Below are positions 61,863 to 64,000 of a stretch of 64,000 bases of DNA, piece by piece (position 1 is the first letter of the stretch; each line of letters opens with the position of its first letter). The stretch is from Paramoeba atlantica (lineage: Eukaryota > Protista > Discosea): assembly GCA_977017575.1 (NCBI GenBank), contig CDRNVI010000024.1, positions 186,001-250,000 of the forward strand, written 5' to 3'. The notes beneath the pieces are model-generated. The model was not told the origin of the DNA and ran no database searches. It was given only the letters and a program-made list of their open reading frames with translations. Position numbers and translations under genes: made by a program.

Positions 61863-63842
61863 CTATTTTGGCAACTCACTACAGCAAGAATCGGACGTGC
61901 ACCGATACCTCCAGTTGAACTTTGGATCTCGACGAAGACAAGCCACGGGGCGCTTTATCATGTGAATACAACACTGGCCGACGTTCGGCCGCCGATGTTC
62001 CGACTTACGTTCCATATTCAAGGAGGACGATGTCAGAGGGACTTTTGCGTCTTTCGTGGCTTCCCTCTCAGTTTCACACGATTTACTGCAGCAAGCATCG
62101 GAAGTGCACCGGTACCTCCAGTTCAACTCTGGGTCTCGACGAAGAGAAGACACAGGGCGCTTTATCTTATGAATAAAACATTGGCCGACGTTCGGACGCG
62201 GATGTTCCGATTTACGTTCACTCGTCGAGGGGGATGATGATAAAGAGCTATTCGCTTCTTTCGCAGTATTAGTCTCAGTCTCGCCCGCCTCCTGAGTAGT
62301 TCGATGTTCACGTGAGGTGCAGGTCTGACCCTTCCGACACCTGAAGAGGAGCTTCTCACCCTTTTTAAGGGTTTCTTCCGTTTTTCCCCACATAGTAGTC
62401 AAATATTCAACACGTCTCAATCGTTTGTGTACAAAACACAGTTCCCTTTCGCATTCGTTCTTTTTCAATTGAGATTCTGTCTCTTGGCGATGTGCCGATT
62501 TAGGTTCGCTCTTCAAAGAGGGTGATGAAGAAAATGAGATATCCACTTCTTTCGTGTTTTTTTTCTCAGTTTCGCACGATTTACTGCAGCAAGCGTCGGA
62601 CGTGCACCGGTACCTCCAGTTCAACTCTGGGTCTCGACGAAGAGAAGACACGGGGCGCTTTATCTTATGAATAAAACATTGGCCGACATTCGGACGCGGA
62701 TGTTCCGATTTACGTTCACTCGTCAAAGAGGACGATGAAGCAGGGATATTAGCTTCCTTCGCACTATTCGTCTCAGTCTCGCCCGCCTCCCGGGTAGTTC
62801 GATGTTCACGTGAGGTGCAGGTCTGACCCTTCCGACACCTGAAGAGGAGTTTCTCACCTTTTTTAAGGGTTTCTTCCGTTTTTCCCCACATAGTGGTCAA
62901 ATATTCAACACGTCTCAATCGTTTGTGTACAAAACACAGTTCCCTTTCACATTCGTTCTTTTTCAATTGAGGTTGAGTCTCTATACGACTCGGTGCCTCT
63001 ACACGATTTGGTGTCAGGAGGTTAGTCTCCCTGTCCAGCCCAGTACAGTTGAATCCCTTTCGACACCTCATGTCATATTTCTTCCTTAATGTGCCACTTG
63101 CCTTGTCATCGTGTGGGGTAAAACGAATGAAGCATTCCACGTCCATTTCATCTTGTGATGAGGAATCTTTCGGTGCGGTAGTGCTTTTCTGAATAGCCCC
63201 GTTTTGAGAACATGCTTTGTCGATCTCATAGTGTCCCTTCTGACTATTTTTGCAAACATCGTTCCTTTCTATGCTTTGTGGCCTATTTTGAGGAAAGTCG
63301 GAAGAAGAATTCTCCTCCTTTCGTACTTCTTTACCATTCGGCAGGGATATCTCATCGAAACTTACATCTGTACGCTCTGCACGGTTCCACTCCTTTTCTC
63401 TTTGATTTACTTCTGGGCCAATCACAGGTCCGTTTTTTTCGTTAATTCTATATTTATGTTTCGCCTCTATGTTGGAGATAAACCGTCGAGAGGAGTGAGT
63501 AGGAGAGGGAGGCGCACGGATGTTATGATTCGTGTGATACGCGCAGGGCTGATCTGGACTGCAGCAGTGCACGTTCGCCAGTACCCGATGCAGGGCATGA
63601 TGCATCGAGCCGTGAATAATACACCACTGGCTGATGCCTGTAGTGTAGAGCAGAGGCATATAGCGTGGGGCGATGGAGGTGAAGGGACTGAGTATTTTGG
63701 TTCTCCCGGAGCGGTAGGCATGGGCCGCTTGAGAGTAGCGGGCTCGAGTAGACTCCAGTGTTCTTCTGGAGGTTAGGAAAAGGTTATCCACGATTTGTAG
63801 GCCTCTGCTGGGTGCGCTTCGTGTAACGGAAAAGTTGGACAT
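61863..63842 (-). CDS. Presequence-bearing protein with about 6 C-x2-H..C-x5-C modules amplified by internal duplication
   Basis: CFVHKRLR..FRCRKGQTC x2, C(F/C)IH(K/M)IKR..YRCTSD(A/S)CC x3, CIIH..CCSPDQPC, and one degenerate CFIR..CRKGFNC. Confidence 0.8.
   Translation of the reverse strand: MSNFSVTRSAPSRGLQIVDNLFLTSRRTLESTRARYSQAAHAYRSGRTKILSPFTSIAPRYMPLLYTTGISQWCIIHGSMHHALHRVLANVHCCSPDQPCAYHTNHNIRAPPSPTHSSRRFISNIEAKHKYRINEKNGPVIGPEVNQREKEWNRAERTDVSFDEISLPNGKEVRKEENSSSDFPQNRPQSIERNDVCKNSQKGHYEIDKACSQNGAIQKSTTAPKDSSSQDEMDVECFIRFTPHDDKASGTLRKKYDMRCRKGFNCTGLDRETNLLTPNRVEAPSRIETQPQLKKNECERELCFVHKRLRRVEYLTTMWGKTEETLKKGEKLLFRCRKGQTCTSREHRTTREAGETETNSAKEANIPASSSSLTSERKSEHPRPNVGQCFIHKIKRPVSSLRRDPELNWRYRCTSDACCSKSCETEKKNTKEVDISFSSSPSLKSEPKSAHRQETESQLKKNECERELCFVHKRLRRVEYLTTMWGKTEETLKKGEKLLFRCRKGQTCTSREHRTTQEAGETETNTAKEANSSLSSSPSTSERKSEHPRPNVGQCFIHKIKRPVSSLRRDPELNWRYRCTSDACCSKSCETEREATKDAKVPLTSSSLNMERKSEHRRPNVGQCCIHMIKRPVACLRRDPKFNWRYRCTSDSCCSELPK
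62070..62978 (-). repeat. 498-bp tandem internal duplication plus a third partial copy at about 61870-62040
   Basis: ATTTACTGCA at 62081 and 62579, GTTCCCTTTC at 62441 and 62939 (constant 498 offset = 166 aa). Confidence 0.92.
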
Positions 63843-64000
63843 CGGTTAGAGAAGGAGAACCTATATTATAGTACAGGATTGAGTGTGTGGCAACCTTCAA
63901 CCAATTCGTGAGCTAAAAAGTGATCCACAGAAATACACATTGTACATTGGAGAGAGTTCCTACAGTCTGCCTAAGATAAAATGTAACAGTTGTTTAGTAT

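Noticed and set aside
1-64000. Stop-codon reassignment (Blastocrithidia-type code)
   Set aside because: Conserved genes translate uninterrupted in the standard code and end at expected positions (RPL17, V-ATPase A, PFK SKL*).
1-64000. CRISPR array, tRNA or rRNA genes
   Set aside because: No regularly spaced repeat-spacer units, no convincing A/B-box cloverleaf, no rRNA motifs seen by eye.

Overview
Eukaryotic nuclear DNA with kinetoplastid-type organisation. About 33 intron-less genes all lie head-to-tail on the minus strand, like one polycistronic cluster, and they include a glycosomal-type PFK ending in SKL. The compact layout would fit an early-branching, Perkinsela-like lineage, but the species cannot be fixed from this window. 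Recognisable genes: AAT (partial), a Ser/Thr kinase, a TLC protein, mL38, V-ATPase A, NAP, bL9m, RPN2, PDE12, TYW1, PFK, FtsH/AFG3, RPL17, DCP1, TOP3B, MSP1/ATAD1, GFM2, RNase H2A, URB1 and five 23-aa-repeat LRR paralogues. Main unexplained signals: (1) eight GC-rich islands, about every 3-13 kb, where the + strand flips from C-rich to G-rich; they override synonymous codons and even amino-acid choice, like origin or bidirectional-promoter skew switches. (2) A C-x2-H-x3-R...aromatic-x-C-x5-C module repeated about 13 times in three unrelated, probably mitochondrial ORFs. (3) A DCP1 homologue, although trypanosomatids lack DCP1/DCP2. (4) Several TA-flanked, TIR-bounded MITE-like elements and an RLE retrotransposon relic. 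(5) A duplicated C/D snoRNA. All calls are by-eye motif recognition with no database search. Where the ORF track used TTG/GTG starts, I moved the start to the first in-frame ATG (M58 for 2460..2957 and TOP3B).
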